A DNA stretch of 63,199 nt, filler included, from 4 parts of 4 records of this genome joined end to end with filler, not necessarily neighbours in it; one strand, 5' to 3'; positions 19,593 to 30,558 are shown, counted from the whole stretch's first letter. Program-made: numbers and translations. Notes: generated by a model from the sequence alone, not told the origin.

Positions 19593-20384
19593 TTGACTCA
19601 AATTGACTTGTCGTCGTTACAACACCCCGTTTTAGAAAAGAAACTCTACCGTCAGCGGCGCGATCAACTCCAGCTCGATCTAATGGCTTTGCAGCTGCAA
19701 TTATACCGAAGCCGACGCCGTGCAATACTCGTGGTAGAGGGCCCGGATGCGGCGGGGAAAGGGGGCTTTTTGCGACGTGCCCTGCGGTATATGGATCCCC
19801 GAGGGGTGCGGGTCCATGCCATTGGGCCCCCGGATGCCATAGAGGCGGGGCAGCACTACCTGCAGCGATTTTGGCGGCGCCTGCCTACCTCCGGGCAATT
19901 GTGTGTATTCGATCGCTCGTGGTACGGGCGTATTCTGGTGGAACATGTCGAGCACGGATACAACGAGCGGGAGCGAGCGTGTCGCGAGATCGCCGAATTT
20001 GAAAGGATGTTAGTTGACGACCAGATTATGGTGGTTAAGGTGCTGTTTTACATCGATAAAGAAACGCAGCGCAATCGTCTGTTGACCCGTTTGGAAAGCC
20101 CGGAGAAGCATTGGAAGATCACCGATGCTGACCTGAATAGCTTTCCGTTTCATCATCAGTATTGCCAGGCCTATGAGTACATGTTGAAGCAGTGCTCCCA
20201 GCCGGTACCGTGGCAGCTTGTTGCGGCGAACGACAAGTACCATGCCCGGGTTGCCGGTATGGAGGCCCTGAGTGAGCAGTGGCGTCAGCACCTCGGAGAG
20301 CCGGCACACCCGCAGGCCAACGCGGCCTTTGTCGCAAGGGCTCGGCGCGTGCTGGAGCGACGACGGGAAGACAGCGCCGATTGA
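19593..20384 (+). CDS. ppk2: Polyphosphate kinase 2 family protein
   Basis: EGPDAAGKGG, DPRG, FDRSWYGR and KHWK. Confidence 0.9.
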   Translation: MTQIDLSSLQHPVLEKKLYRQRRDQLQLDLMALQLQLYRSRRRAILVVEGPDAAGKGGFLRRALRYMDPRGVRVHAIGPPDAIEAGQHYLQRFWRRLPTSGQLCVFDRSWYGRILVEHVEHGYNERERACREIAEFERMLVDDQIMVVKVLFYIDKETQRNRLLTRLESPEKHWKITDADLNSFPFHHQYCQAYEYMLKQCSQPVPWQLVAANDKYHARVAGMEALSEQWRQHLGEPAHPQANAAFVARARRVLERRREDSAD

Positions 20385-20570
20385 ATTCAAGGCGTTGTTA
20401 TTGTGAGCGTTATCGCGCTGATTCTTACCAATATCGGTAGAAGGCTAGGGGCCAATACGAATACAGCTCTGCTGTGCTGCGGTGCACTATGTTTTAAAGG
20501 AGGGTGTGCGAGAATGACGGTAACATCCCGTTGTGACCCCTCCGGATGAAACGCGATATCAAAAGGATGC

Positions 20571-23500
20571 ATGTTGATTTTTAAGCGCTTGAAGGACATC
20601 TACAACACGCTTGGCCCGCGATTACTCGCCGGTGTGCTGCTGGTCTTCCTCTGTGTATTTATTGTGATGTTTCCGCTGGCGGAGCGTCGTGCCTATCAAC
20701 AGGAAGTGTCGGCGGTTGGCGAGGTGTTGAGCAGCCTTCTCGATGCCCGCGCGCGAGCGCTGGATAACCACATAGGTCAGTACGAAAGCGACACGCTTTT
20801 CCTGGCGAACACGCCGCCCATCTCTGGCATTATGCGCGCCTTGGAAAATTCCGGGGAAGACCCCGACACCCGCAGCAACCTGCAAGACTGGCAGCAGCGC
20901 TTACAAGAGATCTTTAGTGCCTACATGTACAGCCGCGGTGAGGTGCGTCAGCTGCGCTTTATCGGAATGGATGATGGTGGGCGCGAATTAGTGCGTGTCG
21001 ACAGTGATGGTCAGTCCGTCCATGTTGTTCCATCGTCTCAGTTACAGCAAAAAGGTCATCGCGACTACGTTAAAGAATCAAGCAAGCTTAGCGAGGGAGA
21101 GGTCTATTCTTCGCGGGTCAATTTTAACCGCGAGCGCGGGAAGATTGAGCGCCCACTTTGGCCTACATTGCGATTGGCGACGCCGGTTTTCGACGCTCAA
21201 CAGCGTTTGTTTGGCGTGGTCGTGATGAATCTGGATTTTAGCTACAGCCAGCGATTGATCCGGGAAGACCTGCCGCAGGGCTACCGAGTTTACCTACTCG
21301 ATGAAGAGCAGCATTTTTTGTTGCATCCCTACAGTGAAAAAACCCTGGCCTACGAACTCGGGCCGTCTTATCAGTGGGGGCAGGCCTTCGATGCGCCGAT
21401 GGCCGATGGCCTGAGGCCCTATCGTGAGCGCGGTGGGGAAGCCACTTGGTACTCACTGAAACAGCGATTGACCTACGATGACCGCCATTGGGTCACGTTG
21501 GTTGTCGCCGCAGATCAAGCGCTGGTTGATGATGCCGTATTTCGCATGCTGCGTTTTAATGCGGCGGTTTTTGTGTGCTTTACGCTGATCACCTTCATAT
21601 TACTTCTTCAGTTCGTTGTGAATATGCGCCGACGCGACGAAGCCATTGAGCGAAATGCGGAGCGAGTCGCGATTATCGATGGCAGTAACGATGCCGTGAT
21701 CGCGGTCAGTCTGGATGGCGTGGTGATTAGCTGGAACGCAGCGGCAGAGTTGCTGTTCGGCTATCGCGAAGACGAGGTGGTAGGGAAGACGACGGCGTCA
21801 CTGATTTTGCCGGATGACTGCAGAGATGAAGAGCAGCTATTTCTAAAGCAGATGCGCGCGGGTGTGCCTGTGCCTCATGTGGAAACGCACCGGAAAGATA
21901 AATCGGGTAACCGTATTGAGGTCGCTATTAATGTCTCGCCGGTGAAGGTCGCGGGCAAAATAACCAGCGCGGCGATGATCGTCCGGGATATCAGCCAGGA
22001 GAAAGAGTCGCGCAGCAAATTGCGCCAGCTCAATGAGTCCCTTGAAGAGGTGGTGGCCCAGCGTACCAAGGACCTGAGTGAGACCTTGGCAACTCAGCGG
22101 GCAATTCTTGAAAAGGCCGGCTACGGAATTATCGCCAGCGACCCCAGGGGCAAAATCACCCTGTTTAATTCCGCTGCGGAAAAAATGCTCGGCTATCGCC
22201 AAGAAGAGGTGGTAGGCCAGCGCTATATCAACAGCTTCTTTGTCGGCGACGAATTTAACCAGGCCCTGCGTGAAAAGGCTATTGAGCAGGGCGGTGAGCT
22301 GGATACCTATTCGCTTTTAAAGGCGGGTTTCAGCGATGAACGGGAGTGGGTATTTCGTCGACGGGATGGGCAAGAGTTCCCCGTATTACTAAAAACTGTG
22401 TCAATGCTCAGCGACGAGGGGGGTGTACTGGGCTTCCTCAGCGTGGCCGTGGACTTAACCACCCGCAAGCAAGAACAGCGCGAGCTGGAGCACGCCAGGG
22501 CGGTGGCGGAGGACGCCAGCAAAGCAAAGAGCGAATTCCTCGCCAATATGAGCCATGAAATTCGCACACCGATGAATGCGGTGCTGGGGATGCTAAACCT
22601 ATTGGATCATACCGGCCTCAATGCAAGGCAGCGCGATTATGTGCAAAAGGCCAGTGGCGCTGCCGAGGCCTTGCTGGGGATCATCAACGATATTCTGGAT
22701 TTCTCCAAAATCGAGGCCGGTAAGCTGTTGCTGGACCCTCACCCCTTTAGCGTGGACGAGGTCTTGCGCGATATCGCCAATATTCTGAGTATGAATGTTG
22801 ACGAAAAACAATTGGAAATACTCTTCAATGTGGACCCGGCCATTCCCAGTCAGGTGTGTGGTGATGCCCTGCGTATCAAGCAGGTGCTTATCAATCTCGC
22901 CGGGAATGCCGTGAAGTTCACCGATAGCGGCGAAGTGATGATCAGTGTGGTGGTGCAGCACCAGCAGCGCCAGCGCATTGTTTTGGGTTTCAGCGTTCGC
23001 GACACCGGTATTGGCATGTCGGTTGAACAGCAGCAGCGCATTTTTCAGTCTTTCTCCCAGGCCGAGGCGGGAACGACCCGTCGATATGGCGGCACGGGGC
23101 TCGGCCTGGTGATCTGTCAGCGCTTGATCCGCATGATGGGTGGTGAACTCGAAGTCGACAGTGAGGAAGGCCGCGGCAGTACGTTTTCATTTAGCCTGTT
23201 GTTAGAAAATGTCGAAGGGGCAGAGCGCTCGGCACCGCGTGCGCGTGAACTCTCTCAGGGTTTACAGGGTCTTCGTATACTGTGTATTGATGACAACGCC
23301 AACGCGCGACAGATCATCTCTACCAGTTGCGAGTCGATGGGCTGGCACTGCGACGAAGCGGCGGATGGCGAGTCCGGCGTGGAAAAAATCCGCGCTGCCT
23401 CGGCGCCTTACGACGTCGTGTTTATCGATTGGATGATGCCGGGCATGAACGGCTGGCAAACCGCTGAGGCGATCCGCCGCGAGCAGGGTGAGCGCTGTCC

Positions 23501-24806
23501 AAAACTGGTGATGGTGACCGCCCACGCGAAAGATGTATACGCGCAGGAAGAACGCGAGGGCGGCAGCCCGATGGATGGTTTTTTGATGAAGCCGGTAACC
23601 GCCTCAGATATTTTCAATGCGGTTAGCGAAGCGCTGACACATGCTGTGGCACCGAGCTTGCCGGCGAGGGCGGAGCCGGAGCCGGTAGAGGCAGTCTCCG
23701 AGGTGGATGACAGCGACAAGAACCAGGTTGTCAGGCCTGTGGCGAAGGGCTCGCTGGCAGGCATGCGCCTGTTATTAGTGGAGGACAATCTCACCAACCA
23801 ACAAGTGGCGCGGGAGCTGTTGGCATTGGAGGGCGCTGAGATCGAGTTGGCTGAAAACGGCTTGGAGGCGCTGGAGCAAATACGCACGAGTGCATCGCCC
23901 TTTGATGCTGTATTGATGGATTTGCAAATGCCTGAGATGGACGGCCTGACAGCGACCAGGAAGATTCGTCAGGAAATGGGTCTGGTAGATTTGCCCATCA
24001 TCGCGATGACCGCCAACGCCCTGCCATCTGATCGCAAGGCCTGCTTAGACGCAGGAATGAATGATCATGTAGGCAAGCCTTTTGAGCTGTCTGAATTGGT
24101 TGATGCCGTGTTAAAGGCCGCGGGGCGAGAAGCAGTGGCCGATGAGTCAGTTGTGGTTGAGCGTGTCGAGCCCGATTTGCCAGCATCACCGGAGGGCTTC
24201 AACTTTAAGGAAGCCTTGCTGCGCATGGGGAATAATCGCGGCTTGCTGGCCACACAGGCGCGACGATTTGCCGACAGGCATTGCGGTGACCTCAAACTGG
24301 TTGAAAAAAGCCTGCGTGGAAATAACGCGCCGCTGGCAACTCGTGAACTGCATACTGTGCGCGGTGTTGCCGCCACGCTGGGGGCTTCGGCGCTGGCGCA
24401 GATGTTGGGTGATCTTGAGGATGCTTGTAAACAGGGGGCAAGTGCCGATGCCCTTGCTGAGGATCTTCAGCATGCAGACGCCGAATTAAAACGCGCGTGT
24501 GCCGTTTTTAGTGAGTTGGCGAACCAGTTGACGCCCGCGCCCAATGCTGGCGATGAAGGGCATACCCAAATGGATGCCGCGCAGCTACTCAAGGGTTGTG
24601 AGGAGCTAGAAGTCCTCCTTCGGGACAGTAATATGCGCGCGATGGCCGTGCACGATACGCTCCGCGCGGAAGGGGGCTTGGCAGCGGTCGCCGGAGCCGA
24701 GATACTGGCGGAATCCATAGCGAGTCTTGATTTTGCCGGCGCCCTTGCTGCGCTGGAGCGTGTTAAGGCAGAGCTCGACGCGCAAAACAGTAATACGGAG
24801 CTGTAA
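20571..24806 (+). CDS. Hybrid sensor histidine kinase (Cache-like, 2xPAS, HisKA, HATPase, 2xREC, Hpt)
   Basis: FLANMSHEIRTPMN, NLAGNAVKFT, GGTGLGL, two REC domains and Hpt ELHTVRG. Confidence 0.95.
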   Translation: MLIFKRLKDIYNTLGPRLLAGVLLVFLCVFIVMFPLAERRAYQQEVSAVGEVLSSLLDARARALDNHIGQYESDTLFLANTPPISGIMRALENSGEDPDTRSNLQDWQQRLQEIFSAYMYSRGEVRQLRFIGMDDGGRELVRVDSDGQSVHVVPSSQLQQKGHRDYVKESSKLSEGEVYSSRVNFNRERGKIERPLWPTLRLATPVFDAQQRLFGVVVMNLDFSYSQRLIREDLPQGYRVYLLDEEQHFLLHPYSEKTLAYELGPSYQWGQAFDAPMADGLRPYRERGGEATWYSLKQRLTYDDRHWVTLVVAADQALVDDAVFRMLRFNAAVFVCFTLITFILLLQFVVNMRRRDEAIERNAERVAIIDGSNDAVIAVSLDGVVISWNAAAELLFGYREDEVVGKTTASLILPDDCRDEEQLFLKQMRAGVPVPHVETHRKDKSGNRIEVAINVSPVKVAGKITSAAMIVRDISQEKESRSKLRQLNESLEEVVAQRTKDLSETLATQRAILEKAGYGIIASDPRGKITLFNSAAEKMLGYRQEEVVGQRYINSFFVGDEFNQALREKAIEQGGELDTYSLLKAGFSDEREWVFRRRDGQEFPVLLKTVSMLSDEGGVLGFLSVAVDLTTRKQEQRELEHARAVAEDASKAKSEFLANMSHEIRTPMNAVLGMLNLLDHTGLNARQRDYVQKASGAAEALLGIINDILDFSKIEAGKLLLDPHPFSVDEVLRDIANILSMNVDEKQLEILFNVDPAIPSQVCGDALRIKQVLINLAGNAVKFTDSGEVMISVVVQHQQRQRIVLGFSVRDTGIGMSVEQQQRIFQSFSQAEAGTTRRYGGTGLGLVICQRLIRMMGGELEVDSEEGRGSTFSFSLLLENVEGAERSAPRARELSQGLQGLRILCIDDNANARQIISTSCESMGWHCDEAADGESGVEKIRAASAPYDVVFIDWMMPGMNGWQTAEAIRREQGERCPKLVMVTAHAKDVYAQEEREGGSPMDGFLMKPVTASDIFNAVSEALTHAVAPSLPARAEPEPVEAVSEVDDSDKNQVVRPVAKGSLAGMRLLLVEDNLTNQQVARELLALEGAEIELAENGLEALEQIRTSASPFDAVLMDLQMPEMDGLTATRKIRQEMGLVDLPIIAMTANALPSDRKACLDAGMNDHVGKPFELSELVDAVLKAAGREAVADESVVVERVEPDLPASPEGFNFKEALLRMGNNRGLLATQARRFADRHCGDLKLVEKSLRGNNAPLATRELHTVRGVAATLGASALAQMLGDLEDACKQGASADALAEDLQHADAELKRACAVFSELANQLTPAPNAGDEGHTQMDAAQLLKGCEELEVLLRDSNMRAMAVHDTLRAEGGLAAVAGAEILAESIASLDFAGALAALERVKAELDAQNSNTEL

Positions 24807-24809
24807 ACA

Positions 24810-25775
24810 ATGACGGAAAAAGCACTCGACTGGGTGAAGCCGATGTTGCGGTCGCTGCCAAAGCTACTGCTCGTCGACGACCAGCCGGTGAATATCCAGA
24901 CCCTCTATCAGATTTTCGCTGACGATCACGAAGTGTTCATGGCGACGAGTGGCGAGCAAGCGCTGGCGCTGTGTCAAGACAAACAGCCCGATCTGGTATT
25001 GCTGGACGTGATCATGCCGGGTATGGATGGCCTGGAAACCTGCCAACGCTTGAAAGAGGATGCCGATACCGCCGACATTCCTGTGATTTTTGTGACCTCG
25101 CAAAATAGCCCCGAAGAGGAGACCCACGGCCTGGAGGTGGGTGCTGTCGACTTTATTAGCAAGCCAGTAAACCCCGCAGTGGTTAGAGCTCGGGTAAAAA
25201 CGCAGCTCACACTGAAAGCGCAAACCGATGCGCTGCGCATGCTTGCTTCCCTGGATGGTTTGACCGGCGTGCCCAATCGACGCATTTTCGATGAGCGGTT
25301 GGATGCGGAGTGGCGGGCATGTCGCCGTTCAGGGTCGCCCCTCTCGTTGCTGATGGTTGATGTTGATCACTTCAAACTCTACAACGACCACTATGGCCAC
25401 TTGGACGGTGACCAGTGTTTGAAGGCAATAGCATCGGCGTTGGCTTCCAGCGTTGAGCGCGGACGCGATATGCTCGCCCGTTTCGGCGGTGAGGAATTTG
25501 TCTGCCTGTTACCGGATACCGACCTGGAGGGCGCCAAACATATTGCCGAAAAATTGCGTCAGGCCGTTGAAGGGCTGGCGATCCCCCACGTTGAATCGAA
25601 AACGGCGGCAACGGTAACGGTGAGTCTCGGGGTTGCGACCACCGCCGAGTGCGATGCACTGGAGCCACCGGACCTGCTCAAAGTTGCCGATGAGCAGTTG
25701 TATCTTGCCAAGCAATCTGGCCGCAACCGCGTCTGTGGCGTGCAATTTCCGCTAGCTCAGCAAGCCGAGTCGTGA
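24810..25775 (+). CDS. REC-GGDEF diguanylate cyclase
   Basis: REC domain plus ARFGGEEF; RxxD I-site (RGRD). Confidence 0.95.
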   Translation: MTEKALDWVKPMLRSLPKLLLVDDQPVNIQTLYQIFADDHEVFMATSGEQALALCQDKQPDLVLLDVIMPGMDGLETCQRLKEDADTADIPVIFVTSQNSPEEETHGLEVGAVDFISKPVNPAVVRARVKTQLTLKAQTDALRMLASLDGLTGVPNRRIFDERLDAEWRACRRSGSPLSLLMVDVDHFKLYNDHYGHLDGDQCLKAIASALASSVERGRDMLARFGGEEFVCLLPDTDLEGAKHIAEKLRQAVEGLAIPHVESKTAATVTVSLGVATTAECDALEPPDLLKVADEQLYLAKQSGRNRVCGVQFPLAQQAES

Positions 25776-25776
25776 C

Positions 25777-27069
25777 ATGAACCCGCTAATGCCCCACCTA
25801 GCCCAGGTGCTTTCAAGTACGTCTTTACTTTCCTTGCGGCGGGGCTACCACAGCGCGAAGCGGCGTTTGGCCGGCAGGCTGCATACGCTCGATGTGTTCA
25901 TTCGCGTTGATGACCCCTACAGCTATTTACTATTGCAGGTAATGGATGATGTCTGCTCGCGCTTTAATGTCGAGGTAAAGTGGTGGGTGATCGTCGAGTC
26001 GCCTGAGGACATGTACCCGGAAAAAACCATGTGGCGGGAGTATGCCTGTCGCGACGCTGAACATCTTGCCAGGCTATACAACTTAGACTTTCCCTCACAA
26101 TTGCCCGCGTTAGAGCAGGCCGCTATCGACCATACGGCGGTATCCCTGCTGTCGTTACCCGTAGACGATTTTCCGCGGCAAGCGCGCGCTCTGCTGGCGG
26201 CGCTCTGGCAGGGACGGATGCCGACGCAATTACTCGCGTTGGATTCCTGGGCCCGTCAGTGCCTGGCGGAAAATTCTCAACGCTTACAAACGCTCGGGCA
26301 TTACGCTGGGGCGATGATTAACTGTGCGCCGGAATGGTATTGGGGCGTGGACCGGCTGGATCACCTTGAACGGCGGCTTATTGCCGAAGGCGGTGCAAAG
26401 CGGCCGGATGAAAAGGCGGTGTATACGCGCAGCTACAGCGGTTTTTGTCGCGGTGAACGCGCCGATGTTGTCGATCCCGATCTGCCCTTAGTGCTCTACT
26501 GGTCTGCGCGCAGCCCCTATTCATACTTGGCGCTAGAGAAGGCGGCGCAGCTGAGTGAGCACTACGGCATCGCGCTTGAGGTGAAGCCGGTGCTGCCGAT
26601 GATGATGCGCGGGATGCCTGTACCTCCTGACAAGAAAATGTATATTTTTCATGACACGGTTCGGGAGGCGGAAAAGCAGGGCCTGGAGTACGGTTTTGTT
26701 GCCGACCCGCTGGGCGATGCCGTGGAGCGTTGCTATGCACTTTGTGACTACGCGGAGTCTAGCGGACGCTTGCTACCGTTTTTGCTTAGTTTTGCCCGCG
26801 GCGTAAATGCTCAAGGCATTGATGCCGCCAGCGATCGTGGATTGAAGCGTATTATTCAGCGCTGTGGTTTGGATTGGCAGACGGCGCGACAGCAACTCGG
26901 CAATGACCACTGGCGGGGCGCGGTGCAAAAAAACCTGGAAGAGATGTATGCCATGGGTTGCTGGGGCGTGCCGAGTTTTCGCTATGGCGAGTTAGTGCTA
27001 TGGGGGCAGGACCGCATTGGCATTGTGGAAAATGCCATGATAGGTAGCGCGGCCCTGCATCGCTGCTAA
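25777..27069 (+). CDS. DsbA/2-hydroxychromene-2-carboxylate isomerase (GST-kappa-like) protein with two tandem domains
   Basis: DDPYSYL...YWGVDRL followed by RSPYSYL...GVPSF...WGQDRI. Confidence 0.85.
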   Translation: MNPLMPHLAQVLSSTSLLSLRRGYHSAKRRLAGRLHTLDVFIRVDDPYSYLLLQVMDDVCSRFNVEVKWWVIVESPEDMYPEKTMWREYACRDAEHLARLYNLDFPSQLPALEQAAIDHTAVSLLSLPVDDFPRQARALLAALWQGRMPTQLLALDSWARQCLAENSQRLQTLGHYAGAMINCAPEWYWGVDRLDHLERRLIAEGGAKRPDEKAVYTRSYSGFCRGERADVVDPDLPLVLYWSARSPYSYLALEKAAQLSEHYGIALEVKPVLPMMMRGMPVPPDKKMYIFHDTVREAEKQGLEYGFVADPLGDAVERCYALCDYAESSGRLLPFLLSFARGVNAQGIDAASDRGLKRIIQRCGLDWQTARQQLGNDHWRGAVQKNLEEMYAMGCWGVPSFRYGELVLWGQDRIGIVENAMIGSAALHRC

Positions 27070-27081
27070 GCGACCTGTCGC

Positions 27082-27894
27082 TTAGCTTAGGCGAGCAAAT
27101 GTTTTTGCCAGCAGCTGTGATAACAGGCCGGGAAATGCGCCGCTGACAATTTTAAATACCCTCGCGTCGACGCCAATACAAATACTGCGCTTGTTGCGCT
27201 CTATCGCGCCTATAATACGCTGCGCGGCGTAGTGTGCACTCACGCCAACGCGCTGCGCCAGTCGCATATTTTTCTCTGCCTGCTGTACATCGTCCGATTC
27301 TTTGAGTGTAGTCAGAATCATATTGGTCTTAATGGCTCCCGGATGAATACAGCTGACGCCGATTCCCTCGCCACTTAGTTCCGCGCGTAACGAGTCACTG
27401 AATTTTTGCAGGGCCGCTTTGCTACTGCTATACGAACACTGGCTGGGAAGGCCGAAGAATGCTGCCATGCTAGATAGATTGACGATGTGCCCTTCCCCGC
27501 TGTTTCTGAGCAGCGGCAGCAATTCTCGACTGAGAAACACAGCGCTAAAAAAATTCAGTTGGAAGACCTTTTCCCAATCCGCTTGGCGGTGATTTTCAGT
27601 ACTTTTCTGCAGAGTGATTCCTGCGTTGTTTATCAGAATATCAATCGATGTGTACTGCTCTTTCAGTGTATCGACTAGATCAATCAGCTGATGGCGGTCG
27701 CAGAGGTCGGCGGTGTGACAAGAAATTGTGACCCCTTGCCCCTCCAGTGAATCCGCTAACTGTTTGAGTGCGTCACCGTTGATATCAACCAGTGCGAGGT
27801 GGCAGCCTTTACTGGCCAGAAGCGCCGCCAGCGCACTGCCGAGGCCACCGGCGGCGCCAGTAATCAAGGCCGTTTTAGCTGTAAAAGAGTTCAT
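27082..27894 (-). CDS. SDR family oxidoreductase
   Basis: TGAAGGLG, NNAG and YSSSK. Confidence 0.92.
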   Translation of the reverse strand: MNSFTAKTALITGAAGGLGSALAALLASKGCHLALVDINGDALKQLADSLEGQGVTISCHTADLCDRHQLIDLVDTLKEQYTSIDILINNAGITLQKSTENHRQADWEKVFQLNFFSAVFLSRELLPLLRNSGEGHIVNLSSMAAFFGLPSQCSYSSSKAALQKFSDSLRAELSGEGIGVSCIHPGAIKTNMILTTLKESDDVQQAEKNMRLAQRVGVSAHYAAQRIIGAIERNKRSICIGVDARVFKIVSGAFPGLLSQLLAKTFARLS

Positions 27895-27906
27895 CAATTC
27901 GCTCGT

Positions 27907-27947
27907 AAAAAAAGGGCGGTGGCCGGAGGGTGGGCCGGACACCACCT
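27907..27947 (-). terminator. Hairpin + U-tract between TonB receptor and SDR genes
   Basis: GC-rich stem followed by T7 on the minus strand. Confidence 0.6.
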
Positions 27948-27960
27948 AATAACAGGAAGG

Positions 27961-30558
27961 TTAGAAGGTTTTACGAAGTTCTATGCCGTAGGTGCGCGGG
28001 TCGCCGAGCACGGTAGTGAGTGTGCCGATACTGTCTCCGGCGGCTACCGCACCAATGTCGTAGCGCTCGTCGGTCAGGTTTTTCACGTAGGCGGCAATGC
28101 TCAGGTCATCGGCGTCGTTGCTCCAGCTCAGGCGCGCGTCGAAGAGCACATAGGCATCGGCATACGTGAGCGCTTCCTTGCGTTTTGACGCCTCCCACGC
28201 GCCTCGGTCCAGGCCGAGGTAAATATCGCTCTTATAGCTGGCGTCTAGTCGCGGCACGAAGCGGCCGAACTCGGTATTGAGTGTGTACTGGATACCCAGT
28301 GCCGCTGTTTCTTCCGGCGATACTGCAAATTCTTCGTCAGAACGGTCGATGGGAACGAATTCGCCACGCAACGCCAGCGACTTCAAGTCGTTGTCCATGA
28401 ACTCTTCATAGCGATAGTTATTGTTGCTGTAGGTGAAGTTCACCATGGTGTTCATCGACGGGAACCACATGACTTCCAGCTCGGCACCTTCGATTACTGA
28501 TTCACCCGCATTTTGCGAGCCAACTACCAAGGTGTTGTTCGAATCAACATTTACAGTGATTAGATGCATGTTCTCAAACGTCATGGAGTAGGCCGCAAGA
28601 TTGATCCGCAGAGAGCGTTCTAGCGCATCGATCTTGATACCGATTTCGCGGTTTTCGAGCTCTTCGGGTTCAACTACGCTCAGGCCGTCTAAGCCAAATG
28701 GCTCCTGGAAGCCTGACTTAAAACCGTTGCTCCATGTTGCGTAAACCATCGCCGAGTTGATGATGCTGCCGTCGAGCAGTTCTTCAGGGAAAATATACGC
28801 GGCCGATGCCATGGGCGTGAATTGACGGAAAGTATCCTCTCTTTCATCAATCTTGGCGTCGCCCAGAGGCGCCCGAATATCGCCGGGGAAGCGCTCGCGC
28901 AGAATATTGTTCGCAATGCTGAGCGGGTCCTGCGACCACCGGCCCAGGAAAGCCATCGCCCCCATGGACGGTAAAAGCGGCACAAAGCGCGGGTCGGCGC
29001 TGGATACAATAGAGGTTACTTCCGCCAGGTCGGCGCTGCGGGTTACCAGATAAGAATCGCGGGTTTCTTCGGTGTAACGGCCACCTACCGTCAGTTCTAG
29101 GTGATCGGTGATATGCCATGTTGCCTGTGTAAAGGCGGCGAAGGTTTCTCCGTCGATGTCAAAGTCTTGAACGGTGGCCAATGGCAGAGCGGCGGCCACG
29201 AGCGGCACAGTGCCACCGGGAATGAGGCCAGTGATACCACTGAGAAGGTCGGTGAGCACGTCTAGGTCTAACCCGGCCTGTCCGGCGGCGAGCCCGAGAA
29301 AATCAATGGGTTCAGAGCCAACGAGCGGGTTGGCGGTGTTAAAGCGCTCCGATTTGTACTCGTCCTGCCAGAAAATACCGGCGGCATAGTCGATGCTATC
29401 GAACAACACGCCGTTAAATTGCAGCTCGAAAGTGAGGGATTCCTGAAGGCTGTCGTCCAGCAGATCTGCCCGCAGAAACTCAGCAGGGCCGCCTTCGTCT
29501 GCGGTTGTCTGAGGGTTGTATTTGGTGGCATCCCGATAGCCGATGATCGACTTCATGCTGTGGTCGGCATTGAACTGGTAGTCGAAGGTCAGGCCCAGCA
29601 TGAGCTCATCTTGATCTTTATGCTGTCGCTGGCTGTCGCCTTGGTTGGTATGCAAATCCTTCTGGGATTCGCGGGCGTTCGCGGCGCAGTTGTCGCGATA
29701 GGCGCTGGGGTTATTTGGGTCGGTATCACCCGGCCAGAGTATCCCGAGGCCGTCTACAAACAGGGCATCGTCATTAATAATGCGGCAGTGGTAAGACGGA
29801 AAGTTTTCCCGCGTGCGGCCGACAAAGGCAAAGCCGTCGATGGTTAAATCATCGCTTGCCAGCCAGCGCGTTTGGAAAATGGCAGACAGCCGATCGATCG
29901 ACTGATTTTCCCGGCCGGTGGCGTCCTTCAGGAAGCCGTCGCGGCGGCGGGTATTTACCGATATGCGGGTCAGCAATTCATCATTGATGGGTAAGTCGAC
30001 AGCGGCCTGCAGGCGCTGCTCATTGTAGTTACCGAGACTGCCCTCAATATAGCCGCCGAATTCTTCTCCCGGTTTTGTCAGGGTGAAGACCAGGGCACCC
30101 CCGGTATTGTTCTTACCGAACAGCGTTCCCTGCGGCCCACGCAGAACCTGAACGCTGTCTACATCGATGGTATCCAAAAGCTGACCATCCGGACGAGGGA
30201 TGAAAATACCATCTAAATAGACGCTCACTGACGGGTCGAAGCGCGCAAAGGGGGCTCGCTGGCCAATGCCGCGAATAAAAATTTGTGGCGATGTGCTGTT
30301 ATTGATTTGCAGGCTGGGCACCGACTTGCTCAGCTCCTGAGCACCGAGTATGCCCTGCTCACGTAGTGAATCGCCGGTGATCGCGGTGACGGCGACCGGC
30401 GTTTCCTGAATGCTCTCAGCGCGTTTTCGCGCGGTGACGATCACCTCTTCGATCATGCCCGCGGAGCTGCCTTGGTTCGCCGCCACGGCGGGGGGCAGGG
30501 TTGCCGCCATGAGTCCTGCCAGCGTGAGAGGAAGGCGGTGGTTTTTCTGCGTTTTCAT
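27961..30558 (-). CDS. TonB-dependent receptor
   Basis: IEEVIVTARKR TonB box, VLRGPQGTLFGKN plug motif and C-terminal PRTYGIELRKTF. Confidence 0.95.
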   Translation of the reverse strand: MKTQKNHRLPLTLAGLMAATLPPAVAANQGSSAGMIEEVIVTARKRAESIQETPVAVTAITGDSLREQGILGAQELSKSVPSLQINNSTSPQIFIRGIGQRAPFARFDPSVSVYLDGIFIPRPDGQLLDTIDVDSVQVLRGPQGTLFGKNNTGGALVFTLTKPGEEFGGYIEGSLGNYNEQRLQAAVDLPINDELLTRISVNTRRRDGFLKDATGRENQSIDRLSAIFQTRWLASDDLTIDGFAFVGRTRENFPSYHCRIINDDALFVDGLGILWPGDTDPNNPSAYRDNCAANARESQKDLHTNQGDSQRQHKDQDELMLGLTFDYQFNADHSMKSIIGYRDATKYNPQTTADEGGPAEFLRADLLDDSLQESLTFELQFNGVLFDSIDYAAGIFWQDEYKSERFNTANPLVGSEPIDFLGLAAGQAGLDLDVLTDLLSGITGLIPGGTVPLVAAALPLATVQDFDIDGETFAAFTQATWHITDHLELTVGGRYTEETRDSYLVTRSADLAEVTSIVSSADPRFVPLLPSMGAMAFLGRWSQDPLSIANNILRERFPGDIRAPLGDAKIDEREDTFRQFTPMASAAYIFPEELLDGSIINSAMVYATWSNGFKSGFQEPFGLDGLSVVEPEELENREIGIKIDALERSLRINLAAYSMTFENMHLITVNVDSNNTLVVGSQNAGESVIEGAELEVMWFPSMNTMVNFTYSNNNYRYEEFMDNDLKSLALRGEFVPIDRSDEEFAVSPEETAALGIQYTLNTEFGRFVPRLDASYKSDIYLGLDRGAWEASKRKEALTYADAYVLFDARLSWSNDADDLSIAAYVKNLTDERYDIGAVAAGDSIGTLTTVLGDPRTYGIELRKTF

